From Hemiscyllium ocellatum (lineage: Eukaryota), in assembly GCF_020745735.1 (NCBI RefSeq), contig NC_083401.1, forward strand, positions 136,521,740 through 136,585,739: a stretch of DNA of 64,000 bases, read 5' to 3'. Under the pieces are notes generated by a model. The model did not search any database and had not been told where the DNA came from. It worked only from the letters and a program-made list of their open reading frames with translations. Every line of letters starts with the position of its first letter. Position 1 is the first letter of the stretch. The translations under genes and the position numbers were made by a program. Of the stretch, positions 26,660 to 38,859 are shown one piece after another.

Positions 26660-27310
26660 TCTACGAGACCATCCTGCTTGAGGATGAAAGTGTAAAGAGA
26701 TTACATTCCCCTGGAGAAGAGGAGGTGGCTGCAAATTCTGAAACCAAGTGTCTGAAGAATTTTGATGTAAATGAGAAGGGACCGGTTAAGGGGCAAAAAC
26801 CATTGAACTGAGGTTGAAAGAGATGATTTATTTTGGGCAGGAGCATGCAGGATCAATGGCTCTGCCTGGGAAGTCCTGTATGTGGATTTTGGGAATGTGG
26901 TAGAATGGGGCTGTATGGGGTTGGGGGACTGTGAGCTTGGAGGCAGTGGGGTGGGAGGGTGGGGGGAGGGGGAGGATGGGATGATCCCAAGATGAAATGA
27001 CCATAGTGGACACAATGGCCTGATGTTCCATGATGGGGTCATGATATGGGGGGTTAGTGACAGAAGGAGGTATCTGAGAACTGGCGCTCAGCCTCCGCAA
27101 CGGACAGGCAGTATGCCCGTCGGCTTCGACAAGTTGGAACGAAGGGTCTGTTTCTGTGCTGTACATCTCTATGACAACAACTGCACCACCCTTGTCGGCA
27201 AGTTTATTTACAAAGTCAGGATGCAGTCAGTTCAGAAGAAGATGGCTTTGAATGGGGGGGGGCATGGCAGAGAAATTGAGGCGACTGTTGACAGTTCTCA
27301 ATGAACAGGT
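26660..27310 (-). mobile_element. Penelope RT fragments
   Basis: Minus strand PFYHIPKIH..FPGRAI...C, typical of the PLE RT N-terminal region; interrupted by a CR1/SINE tail. Confidence 0.65.
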
Positions 27311-27607
27311 GGGGTTCAGGTAAATGGCTAGATGCAAGTGTCCAGGTACACACCTTGTACAAGTTGTATTAGCTTCTCTGCTCAAACTGGAAGCACCTGT
27401 TGAAACTGTGAGTACATTGTACAATCCCATTGATACCCACTCTGGGGGAAGGCCTTCACTAATACTTTTAGATCCAGGTCTCACACTTACACTATCAATC
27501 CTTGTTAATCCATGAAACAGCATGAGGGACTGGCTACTGAGGGCTGGAAGATATCATTCCTTTCAAAGCACAAAAGTTCACTGTTCACATGCTCGTCAGT
27601 ACTGAGG

Positions 27608-27960
27608 GGGTGGCATGGTGGCTCAGTGGTTAGCACTGCTGCCTCACAGCACCAGGGTGCCAGGTTCGATTCCAGTCTCAGGCGACTGTGTGGAGTTTGC
27701 ACATTCTCCCCATGTGTGGGTTTCCTCCGCATGCTCCGATTTCCTCCCACAGTCCAAAGACATGCAGGTCAGGTAAATTGGCCATGCTAGATTGCCCGTG
27801 GTGTTAGGTGCATTAGTCAGAAGGAAATGGGTCTTGGTGGATTACTCTTCGGAATAAAATGCAGGATCAATGGCTCTGCCCGGGAAGTCCTGTATGTGGA
27901 TTTTCGGAGTTGGTGTGGTCTTTTTGGGCTGAAGGGTCTGTTTCCACACTGTAGGGAACC
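27608..27960 (+). mobile_element. HE1-like SINE (with an internal 46-bp foreign insert)
   Basis: Consensus head, body and tail. Confidence 0.8.
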
Positions 27961-28883
27961 TTAAAAAAAAGTTACACCTTGAGGTTGGAGCTGTGCTAAC
28001 TCTCTCTCTGGGTTTGTACGGTGACTCATAGCATTCCAGAATCATATTTCATTGTGAACCCGTGTGAATGACAGGAAATCAGGTAATTTCAGGTAGAGGT
28101 CTCATTGTGTAGCTGCCGAAAGTCTAAATCTGCCCCTTGGGTATATTCATGCCTGACTGCCCTGATGTGATAATGTTGCAGCTTTCAAAAATGCTTTGTG
28201 GGTGAAAATCATTAATTTAACATCCACTGCATTTACAGTTGACCCTTGAACATTGTAAGTCAGCAAAATTCTGCAGCTTGCATTATCAAGTCAGAGGATA
28301 GTCCATTTCTTGTAAACCATGACTTTTACCTTCTGCGCGTGCTTGCTTCCCAGGGATCAATGCCAAGTGCTGCAAGTGACATTGTACTCTGGGTCACCTG
28401 CAAAAGGAGGAACTAAAATTTTCCACAGTCAATTCGAAATTATTCATTTTGGGGATGAATATCTAAAATATAATCTATTTTAATTTGTGGTAAGTGATTG
28501 CTGAATAGTTCTGAAACATGTTAATTATTGTGTCAACAATGCCGATTGAAGAACAAACAATCAACATAAAGTCTGACATCAAATGATTTTAATATCCGCG
28601 TGAACAAAATGTTTAAAGAATTTTCTGTTCCAGTACTAAAGGTACTGCATTCTCAAACTAAAATTTGCTTACAAAGTAGCATTTCTAAACAAATCCAGAA
28701 TGACATTTTCACAACTTCACCTCTTTCCAAACCTTAACATTCAGGTCCAAGAGTCACATGATAAATTATAGCCAATGAAAGACAGAAACACTCCCTGTAA
28801 CTAAGAAAATGCAGTTCCATTGATTTGTTTTGTATTTACTGTTATGTTGGTGAGAAGCACCCCAGTGGCTGAGGTGTACAATC

Positions 28884-28982
28884 TCAAACAAAAACAGAAA
28901 TTTCTGCTAAAACTCAGCAGGTCTGGCAGCATTTGTGCAGAGAAATCAGAGTTAACGTTTCGGGTCCAGTGACCCATCCTCA
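28884..28982 (-). mobile_element. Short Penelope-end-like element upstream of gene B, 8-bp TSD
   Basis: gtacaatc at 28876-28883 and 28983-28990. The site is empty in the C paralog (~49350-49370). Confidence 0.7.
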
Positions 28983-29454
28983 GTACAATCCAGAACTGGA
29001 TTATTCTGCAGAATACTTGATATTAATCTACCTTAAGAAAGTCAATAAAAAGCAAGAAATTAATGAGGCTTTGATTTTAGTAATTTTTAATTGCTATTAA
29101 AAGTTAACAAATAATGAATGAAAGGTATTATTACCACTCTAATTGACTTGATTCAATGAGAATTTGTAAAAATCGTTGAACTTTTTGTTGGGTGTCTTTG
29201 AAATTTGACAATATTATTTATCACTCAGTAGTAGATCTGGTACCTATATCATTTCTACAGTGAAGCTAATCAGTGGACAAATTTGACACAATGAAATTCA
29301 TCCCCCCACATTTTTTTTTGCATTTTTGCCAAAGGTGACATTTACATTCATTTTGTGAAAGCTGTGATTAACTTCTTAAAATCTAAGTTTAATAAATTCA
29401 GCTTACATGACTGCCTGTTGCTGCAGTGAATTACGTACCATTTCATTAAAACTG

Positions 29455-29565
29455 CAAAATGAAAGAAAGTTGATTCAGGAGCAGGGAAATTCCCTACTAC
29501 AGAATTTTGACAGCTTTGATTGGTTGAGCTTACGCAAAATGAAAGTAAGGGAGCTCCATAAATAG
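29455..29565 (+). promoter_or_regulatory. Gene B promoter: IRF-like AAAATGAAAGAAAGT, NF-kB GGGAAATTCC (29484-29493), C/EBP-like TTACGCAA (29530-29537), TATA-like CATAAATA (29557-29564)
   Basis: Consensus matches at typical spacing upstream of the 5'UTR. The kB and TATA positions are conserved among paralogs. Confidence 0.7.
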
Positions 29566-29671
29566 GAGCTGATTGGACCTGTCTTCAGCAGAACTTCATT
29601 CAACAGAGAGAGTGACACTGAAGTAGATAGAAGATCTTCAGCAGAAATCTATTCAGCAACAAAGTCAAAAA

Positions 29672-31004
29672 ATGAACAGAGCAGCAGCTGTACTGACTGC
29701 CATCCTGCTCCTGTGTGCTATTGCTGCACAAGGTATGTCAGTATTTCTATTTTGTGTTTTAGTTATTTTAAAATCAATACAATGTGGAATAATGTCTTTC
29801 AGCTGATTTATTGGACAAGTCTGTGTGGTAGTTGATTGTTCATTAAAGAATTAAACAGACAGTGATGGTACATGCTATTGATCAAGTGATGCTTGTTTAG
29901 TTCAATGCTTAAATAAGATGCCAACATTCTGCCAAACTGCAATCAAAATCAGATTTGAGGATCAATTTATTTCATTTTCAGGCATTCCAATCCCAGGTAA
30001 TCAAGGACGGTGTCTGTGTCCCAAGACCAGCTCTGATTTTATTCATCCAAGTGCTATCAAGAATTTACAATACATTCCCAAAGGACCACATTGTGAGACA
30101 CAGGAGATAATGTAAGTTAATGGGTCAGAATGTCAGCTTTAATGTTCCTTATTTTCCTATTTCAATTTAGATAGCTGTAATATTTTTATGAACATGTTGG
30201 ATCAATTGCAGTTTCTTTATGTAACAGATGTTATGAATTGTTTGTGTCACTGATTTTAACCTTGTATGCATTATATCCAATTTCTGTGAATTAGATTTTG
30301 ACGGTTTATCTTCTGTTCACAGCATCACCAAGAAAAACGAGCAGAAAGTTTGTGTGAACCCTGATGCCAAGTGGGTGAAGGTTATCATTAAATCCAGAAA
30401 AGGTTGGTGCTTATAAACATACATATGTTGTCTATGAATAAACATGCTTGAATGAAGTGCTTTTCTCATAAGTGTCTTCAGTTCCTTGGCTGAGGTTTTA
30501 ACACCAGTCTGCTGCCCAATCGTGCAGGATCTTGGTGCATTCTGTTACTCTGTCCCTAAATCTGGTATTTACATGTGAGCTGTGAGTGAATGGTAGCAAG
30601 CTATTCAATCAGTGGCATCAGGACTGAGTCCTGTACTGTTCTCACCATCACCCATGCCTGGTAAATCCAGGCAGAGGTGGGGTGTCCCTGGTTAGTAATC
30701 GGGTGCAGGAATGCTCAGCCATACTATGCTCCAGCTCCTGTGGTTGTCATACCTTTAGCAGCCAGCTGAGGTCAGCCAATACAATATAATGCAGTGATCA
30801 AAACAGGGACTTCAACTCCTTTTCATGTTTCCTTCCTTCCTTCCTTCACAGTCAGCTCCATGATATTCTGCTCTGCATTGTAAAGGTTCCAGGGCATAAT
30901 TCTTAAACATTTTGTTAACTGTCCTCACTATCAAAATAAATACATTGACAGAAAATAAAATAATATTTCATTTAACTATTTCAGCTTCCAGAAGACGTAA
31001 CTAA
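29672..31004 (+). CDS. CXC chemokine gene B (non-ELR, IL-8/CXCL9-11-like), 96 aa: join(29672..29732,29982..30111,30323..30402,30985..31004)
   Basis: MNRAAAVLTAILLLCAIAAQGIPIPGNQGRCLCPKTSSDFIHPSAIKNLQYIPKGPHCETQEIIITKKNEQKVCVNPDAKWVKVIIKSRKASRRRN*. Four-Cys CXC pattern, canonical GT-AG junctions, TATA-like CATAAATA upstream, AATAAA at ~32219/32351/32407. Confidence 0.95.
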
Positions 31005-33919
31005 GAATTGAAGCTGCGATGGGATTCACTTGATTGCCCCCCCCAACACGGAAGTTGCTGTACAATGAATACTGAAATGAAGAAGCTCTGTGCAGAGCAC
31101 TCCCTTTCTGATATAACTGTTCGATATGTCGTTCGAGCAGTTCCCCTGTATCGATCCTCTGAAACATACTTCATTGTTTAACCTACTTCCACTGTAAACT
31201 GTCTACACCGAGCCTAAGAAATCCGGCTGCTGCTGTGAAATGTTGTGCTGGAGAGCTTTTTACGGGATGTGATTTTGTACGATTATTCTGAATGTGGTCT
31301 GGCACTGGAGCAGATACTGTACAACAAAGCAATTTGTTAACTTTCTCCATTAGTATTGGAAAATAATTTTCAATCAGAAGGTATATGTGGTCATGAAAAT
31401 AACAGACTTGTGAACTTAGGGAGGAATCAAAATGAAACGTCTATTGGTTTTCAAATATTATTGTTTGAAGTAATGTAATCAGTGCCAAATTTTCAATGAA
31501 TTGACTGTTAGAAAATTATTTCACTAGGTTTGTGCATCAGTACCAAAGCCAACACTTATCCCCCATTCCTTTTATGCAGATGTGAATGTGCTGGTAAGTG
31601 ACTTTGTTGAACTGCTGCAGTCCTTGTTGCTGTGAGGAGAGGAGAGATCTGATGGCAAAAGGGATGATAGTACAAGGCAAAACAGACAGCAATGGGGCAA
31701 GTGAAGGAAAAAGAGCTGTATTGTGAGGAGGTGTAAATGGGAAAATACAGAACAGGGAACAATTCACTAATATCCAATGAGAAGGTGGAGGGGCAGGGCC
31801 TATGATCGGAAACTGTTTATCATAGTGTTGATTCTGGAGGCTGTAAAGTTTTGAGATAATCTTTCTTGAACCGATGCTGTGCTGTGTAGGAACAATATAG
31901 GAGAATGAGGACATAATTTTCAGAGTGGGAATATGGAAATCCTATAGATTGACATTCTCAAATTTGGCTTGTAACTTAGTTTGAAACAGTCTTTCTTTAC
32001 TGTTGAAAGTCTGTGCATTTCTCATGATTTTTACTGCAGTGTTTATCAATCATTGACTTTTTTTAAGAGAACCTCTGGACTTTTTTTTTTATATATCTAA
32101 GCTCCAAACCCGAAGTCTGGGCTCAGTCTGTACAGAAATTTTGTTTGTGAAATACTTACATTTTGGAAGATATATGCTCCTTTTCATGTAATGTTAACCA
32201 AAAGTAATGGCATTTCTAAATAAAACTCATTTCTGTGCAGTGACACTTTTGTACTGAGGAATTTTCAGCCTGGAATTATGCTGATCTCAACTTTGTGTAA
32301 AAGTTGTATTATGTATATGAGTGTGACTCAAAAATTGCTATATGTATGTAAATAAACTGTTTTTGTATATTTTTATCCTTTTTTTAAATGTTTTTAAGAG
32401 ATGAAAATAAAGAAGATTTCATGAAGAATGCCTTGTGACCATTTCATAACCTTGAGCAAAACAACTATACCTTTTTTGGATAGGTATATTTCATGTATAA
32501 TTGAAACTAATACCCTGTTCAGGTCAGGCTTTGAAAAGCATGACAACAGGCATAATATTTGCACTGTGAAAGATATAGATTACAAATTAGTTTAATCTCA
32601 ATAGGTTGTATCATGGGTAGTCACTGAACTACTCCTTAACCCTACTGTGAATCTTCTTGCAAGGATGCCTGCTTTGAAGAAGTTTTCTTCCTCTCTCTAC
32701 AAGATCTCTCCACGCTTCAGGCTCTCTGCCTTTATTCCTGATGAAGGGCTTTTGCCCAAAACATTGATTTTTTTTTCGCTGCTCCTCGGCTGCTGCCTGA
32801 ACTGCTGTGCTCTTCCAGCACCACTAATCCAGAATCTGGTTTCCAGCATCTGGAGTCATTGTTTTTTACCTACTGAACTACTCCCACAGAGTGGCACCAC
32901 TGTGAACTACATGAACAGGGTGTTTAAAGTGTAACTTTATCAGAGTCTGTTGTGAGCTTATTCCCTCCATTCTAGTCTTGCTTATTACTCACATTCCTAG
33001 CATCTCCTCTCCGCTATTTCCTCCAGCACACACTAACTTTCATTAAAATCTAGTCAGATTAGACTGAGGTCAAATTGTGGGAAAAGATGTTCTATTAGTT
33101 TAAGGATCTTTGATATTCATTAGCAGGGTATTAATTTTCTCCCCAATTAAATATAGTAATAATCCCTCAACTGAAGTCAGCACAGGTTAATGTATCTGTG
33201 TATAATATATCAGGTTAATTTAATAATTTTGTTGATATTGTACAATGCAGAAAGAAGCCATTCAGCTCATGATAATGTCAACTCTGTGAATGAGCATCTC
33301 ATTTTGTACAATTTTCTTGACCTCTCCCCTTAATTCTTTTAAAAGCAAAATAATGTAGATGCTGGAAATCTGAAATAAAAACAAAGTGCTGGGGAAACTC
33401 AGCATGTTTAGCAGCAGCTATGGAAAGAGAAACAGAGTTCATGTCTTGAGTTCAAAATGTCTCTTCTTTAGAATTGTGGATTTGAAGCAATAATCCTGAT
33501 TCTTTCTCCACACTTGCTGTCTGTCTTGCTGAGCTTCTCTAAAACTTCCAGTTTACATTCCAGTAATTCTACTGTACAATTCCCATTTAAATACCGCAAC
33601 TGGATCTGACTCCACCAGACTCTCAGGCAGTGCAACCCAAGCCCTAGCTACTTGTTGCATGAAAAAGTTTTGCCTAATAGCACTTTTGTTTCTTTCACAA
33701 ATTGCATTAAATCTGCTCTTTCATCCTCAATCATTCCAGGAGTTGCAAGATTTTCTCCCTATTTAGTCTATGCAGATCTCTCGTGATTTTGAGTACTTCA
33801 CTCACGTCTCCTTTCCCATTTCTCTATGCCCAGCAAATCAGGCATACAATCTATCTTTGTAATTGAAATTCCTCAGCACTGGTTTCATAAACATCACCTG
33901 ACGAACCCTCTGACCTGAA

Positions 33920-34305
33920 ACATATAAAATTATGAAGGGAATAGATAAGATAGAAATAGAGAGGATGTTATCATTGGCAGGTGAAGCTAGGACAAGTGGG
34001 CATAGCCTCAAAATCTGAGGGAGCAGACATCGGACTGAACTGAGAAGGAACATCTTCACCCAGAGGGTTGTTTATCTATAGAACTCTTTGCCCAGTGAAG
34101 TAGTTGACACTACTTCAGTAAATATTTTTAAAGCTAAGGTAGTTTTTTTTGAGCAATAAAGGAATTAAGGGATATGGTGAGAGCATGGGTAGGTGGAGCT
34201 GAGTCCACACAAAGATCAGCCATGATCTTATTGAATGGCGGAGCAGGCTTGAAGGGCCAGAAGGCCTATTCCTGCTCCTAGTTCTTATGTCTTTATGCTC
34301 TTATG
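33920..34305 (+). mobile_element. CR1 LINE 3' end nested in older minus-strand CR1 debris
   Basis: YKIMKGIDK...FTQRVV-like sequence and ttcttatg tail. Confidence 0.8.
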
Positions 34306-36819
34306 ACACTTTTCTAATATGTTAGTTGCTAAACTATGAACTGTCATTTTCCACAATAGCCATTTATGTGACATCTTACTGAATACTTTTTCGAAATCTA
34401 ATTAGAACATACCCAATTTTCTCCTCAGTATGTTAGTTCCTCAAAGAATTCCAATAATTTGGCTAAACATGATTTTCCTTTTACAAAATCTGTAAACTCT
34501 GTCAGGTTACCTTGAGATTTTCTAAATGCCCAACTATAACATCTTAGATATTAGCTTCAGACATCTGTCCCATAACAGATATTATGCTAATAAGCCTGTA
34601 ACTTCATGCTTCTCTCTCTCTTTTCTGAATAAATGTCTTCAACAACAGTCTATGTATCTCTGATGTTAGGAACTGTTTCCCTCCATCCCACTTAATCAGA
34701 CCATGGGAAGGGGCTAACCTTCCAAATGCATTGTTGAGCTAGGACTTGTTGAGCAATCTTTACAAAATCTTTACAAAATCATTTCAATCTCCTTTAAGGT
34801 AGCAGCTGTTGGCTACATTGCAGCAAGCTCTGAAAACCCAAAACGAATTCGGCTCATGGAGGGCAATGCAAAGGGTATCATTTCAGGGGTTGCATTTGTC
34901 AGACATAATTGTGATGCAGGACACTGCATTTAGAAATTGGCACCTCTGCTGATGGGTTATCCCGGCAAAATTGCCTCGACAGTTTCTATATCACTCTCAG
35001 GGAAACTTTGAAGTAAAAATAAGGACATGAGTCATAAAGACTGAATAAAAAAAGAGAAGTTTTGGACCTTTGACTCACAACAAACTGGATCAAATTCTCT
35101 GGTTTGAGGATTTTCGAAGCCTGGAGGTCTGTATGTATAGACCCAGTGGAAAGTATGACAGATGGAGCTGTATGGAAACTTCCAGGGGAATTTCACCTTC
35201 CAATGGGTGATATGCATCTCCCAGATCTCTTGTGACAGATTTGTGGCATTAACTTGGTTAATAGTTATCCTGAAAGTGAGGACTGCAGATGCTGGAGATC
35301 AGTGTCAAAACGTGTGGTGCTGGAAAAGCACAGCAGGTCAGGCAGCATCCTGAGGAACACATTCCTGATGAAGGGCTTATGCTTACTAATTACCCTGGAA
35401 ATGTTAGACTGAATAAAATGCAATTTAATACCTGGGTAATTCCCCCTTCCTACACTGTCACAACCGCCAACTACCTCCTGTGACCACTCAACTAACCAAC
35501 CTGACCTGAAAGGATTACATTCCTGACTATCCAACTAATCCCCAACCCCTAGGCTACACCACTGACCAAACTAGAAGTAAAAGGAAAGTCACCAAAGTCC
35601 CAGTGGGCTGCCATCTCACTGGAGAGAGATGACTGAAGATGAGATTAAGCTGAAGGTCATCACGCCTCAGATAAGGGATGAAGTCTAGAACGCAGGACCT
35701 TCATAATGACCTTGGCTGGTGCAGAAATTTAATGCATGTTGTTGGTGTCACTCCACCAGCATCACCCTTCCAGCCAACTGAGCTAATAGATCCTCTAGTA
35801 CTCCTCCTGACCACATAGCTACAACACTGACCCAACGCAACATACCACCTGCTGACAAATTGCCTACAACACTGACCAAACCCAACTACCACCTGGAAAT
35901 CTGACTAACTCTCTGACCTGAACCGACCTGATTACATTTTGAAGAGATTAATAACCCTCCTGATCCGTCCTGACCCCAAAATCTCCTAACTGGCTTCGAC
36001 AGCCTCTCTATCACCTCATCAACCTGCCACCTGACCTAATGAAACATAAAATACTGCTGACGCTGGAAATCTGAAGGAACTGAAGTTCAGAAGAAGGTTT
36101 ATTGGACTTGAAACATGAACTTTGTTTCTCTCTCCACAAATGCTGCCAGGCCTGCCGAGTTTCTTCAGCATTCTCTGTGATCGTTGCTCCCTAACCTAAC
36201 CTGGTTACTGTCCAATCTAAGGCATCTCCAGCCAGGCCTAAATATCCTCCACCTACCTGACTACTACCTCCAAAACAGCCAGACTTGACTACTAACCTCT
36301 GTCTATCAACTATGCCCAACTCAACAATCTAAAGTCCACCCATACAACTCCACTCCCCTATTTCCAATTACCTAACTACTCTCCTAATGCAACCTGACTA
36401 CCCTTCCATCATCTGATTACACCAAACCCAACCTGACTACCCCAATCATTCAAATAACTTCCTAACCAGACCTACTTACTCCCTGACCAGGTACTTACCT
36501 TGCCAGTCCCAATCCATCTCCCCCACCACCACTGAGTTAAGTCTCACATTCACTGTGTTGACATATCTTTAAGCATCATGCCTAAGACATCATTACTTTA
36601 TTGTGGTATAAAGGCCTCATTCTCTATCTTACCTCAGATCACTTAAAGCATCACAGTCCACTAGAATCATGCTGCTCTGTTGTAATTAACAGCTTCATAT
36701 TATCCCAGACACTGATGCATGAAGAGTGCAATGTTTGTTCATAAGAGTCAGCTGTAATAAATGTCTGTTGGATTCTTCAGTCCCATGTTATCTATACACA
36801 GTTTCTTATGCTACAGGAG

Positions 36820-37350
36820 ATAACATAAGCACTGCTGTATCAGGTAACAAGCCATACCACTTTCAACCTGTATAGGGCTATCTCCTGCTGAAACTACCCC
36901 CATTCCTTTATTGCCTTTAGACCTGACAATTCTAACATGCTCCTTTCTGCTGTCTGACCCTACTTTCCATAAACTTAAAGTCATCCAAAACTCTTCTGCC
37001 TGGATCTTAAATTGCACACAGCCCAATTTATTTATCAGCCTAATACTTAATGCCCTGTATGCTACCAGTTTAAAAACATCTTTACTTTAAAATCCTTGTT
37101 TTTGTTTTCAAACCTTACAGTGGCATCTCCCTTCCCTTTCTCTATATTTATTTGTAACTCCACTGCCTTATGAAATATCTAGTCTCCCCTAATTCTGGTA
37201 TCTTAAGCACCTATAATTTTAATCATTTGCTTTTAGTGGTTGCATCTTCCGCAAACTGCCTCTGATGTAAACTCTAGAATTCCCTCCTTCCATCTCTCTG
37301 CCTCTTTCCCTAGCTTTCTGATTTTAACTTGCTATTTAAAAACCATCACT
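36820..37350 (+). mobile_element. Old L2-clade LINE 3' fragment
   Basis: KLKVIQNSSAWIL...FKILVFVFK-like remnant, typical of L2 ORF2 C-terminus. Confidence 0.6.
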
Positions 37351-37499
37351 TTAATAGGTAAAATTTCCCTTAGTGGTGCGGTATCATATTTTATTTTATA
37401 TTGGTGTAATGGCATAGATTATTGTTTTAAATCACAATATCACGAGATGTTGTTTTAAAAGTATCGTACGTAAGTGTTTCTGATCTTACTTTGCCCACT

Positions 37500-37825
37500 T
37501 GGGTGGCACTGTAGCTCAGTGGTTAGCACTGCTGCCTCACAGCTTCACAAACCCAGGCTTGATTCCAGCCTCAGTTGACTGTCTGTGTGGAGTTTGCACA
37601 TTCTCTCCATTAATGCATGGGTTTCCTCTTCCAGTCCAAAAATATGCAGGTTAGATGGATAGGCTGAATTGCCCATCCTGTTCAGGAATGTGCAGGCTAA
37701 GTGGATGAGCCATAGGAAATCCAGAGACAGGGGAGCTGGTCTGGGTGGAATGCTCCCAACCAAAGTCTTGGTAAGGACCTGATGGGCCAATTTGCCTGTT
37801 TCCACACTGTGGAGATCCTATGATT
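37500..37825 (+). mobile_element. HE1-like SINE
   Basis: Consensus head and tail. Confidence 0.78.
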
Positions 37826-38859
37826 CACTGTCAAAAGGAAAGACATGGATCTTTAATGGCAAACTTGCTGACTAACAGATATAAGCTTGTATTAATTTGG
37901 TTGGCACTAGGTTGAAACCAAAAGATTGTGTGTAAGTCAAATTTTGAGGGCTGTCAGAATTAAAAGGATGTGTTACAAGGAGTTGGACCAAATTCTAGAG
38001 AGCTTTAAAAGGCATCACAATTTCTCAGCAATCATTACTAAGGCTGCCCCTGTGAGGCAGTCCAGTATATCAACCCTTCTGTGATGGTTATGAATCAAGG
38101 ATGGCACTGCAGCCAATGTTTGCAGAGAGTATTGCTTTCAGTGTCATTCCACAGCAGAACAGATTGACACTGCAGCATGGTTAACTATTACCCAGCACTT
38201 CACAAATGCAAATAGTATGCTGCCTGGATACTTCTGGCATATTTTCAGCTGCTGGCACAGTTTGGAATTTTCTCATATGAATCTGAACCCAACCATTCCC
38301 CAGAATATGTGGCTTTCATCAGGTGATTGTAGTGGATAAAATTTTTTTAATGCAATAGGCAGCATGGAAAGCAAGGCATACTCCAAATAGACTGATTATT
38401 AGACTGCTGGCCAGAAAACCCATTAATTATCTCACATCAAATGCACAATAGACGTGTTGTGAATCCACAGTGTTCCTTAAGGAGGAAAGTCAAGTCACCA
38501 GAATATGTTGGGAGCTAACTATGAATCAATATTGTTTTGCATTTGTGTCAGACTATACAAGATGTTACAGAATGCTGAATCTACCCAATCTGAAACATTG
38601 CCCTCAGCTGGGTAAATGCTTTATAACAGACAGAATGCATGTACACTTATTCTACTCATAATTAGTATGTTTTACATGGGTAAAAAGAAAACTGTGTGCA
38701 TTTTCATACCATTGGTGTGTGTTTTCCAATTAAAGGTTCACCAGCAAGGTTCATGAGTTGAAAATGAAAGAAAGTTCACATACAGGAAAAAAAAGCAAAA
38801 CAACAGCAGTTTTAAAAGGGAGAAGAGCAGGCAAATGAAGCACATGGTGAGGACAGTGC

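Larger units (their letters stand above)
23190..32470. repeat. Left arm of inverted segmental duplication (E-/B+ unit)
   Basis: Inverted matches: 23190-24960 with 60860-62690; 25160-26400 with 54690-56180; 28170-32470 with 45310-50020. Confidence 0.85.

Noticed and set aside
29918-30115. 65-aa ORF MPTFCQ...ETQEIM as a standalone gene
   Set aside because: It is exon 2 of gene B plus in-frame intron sequence.
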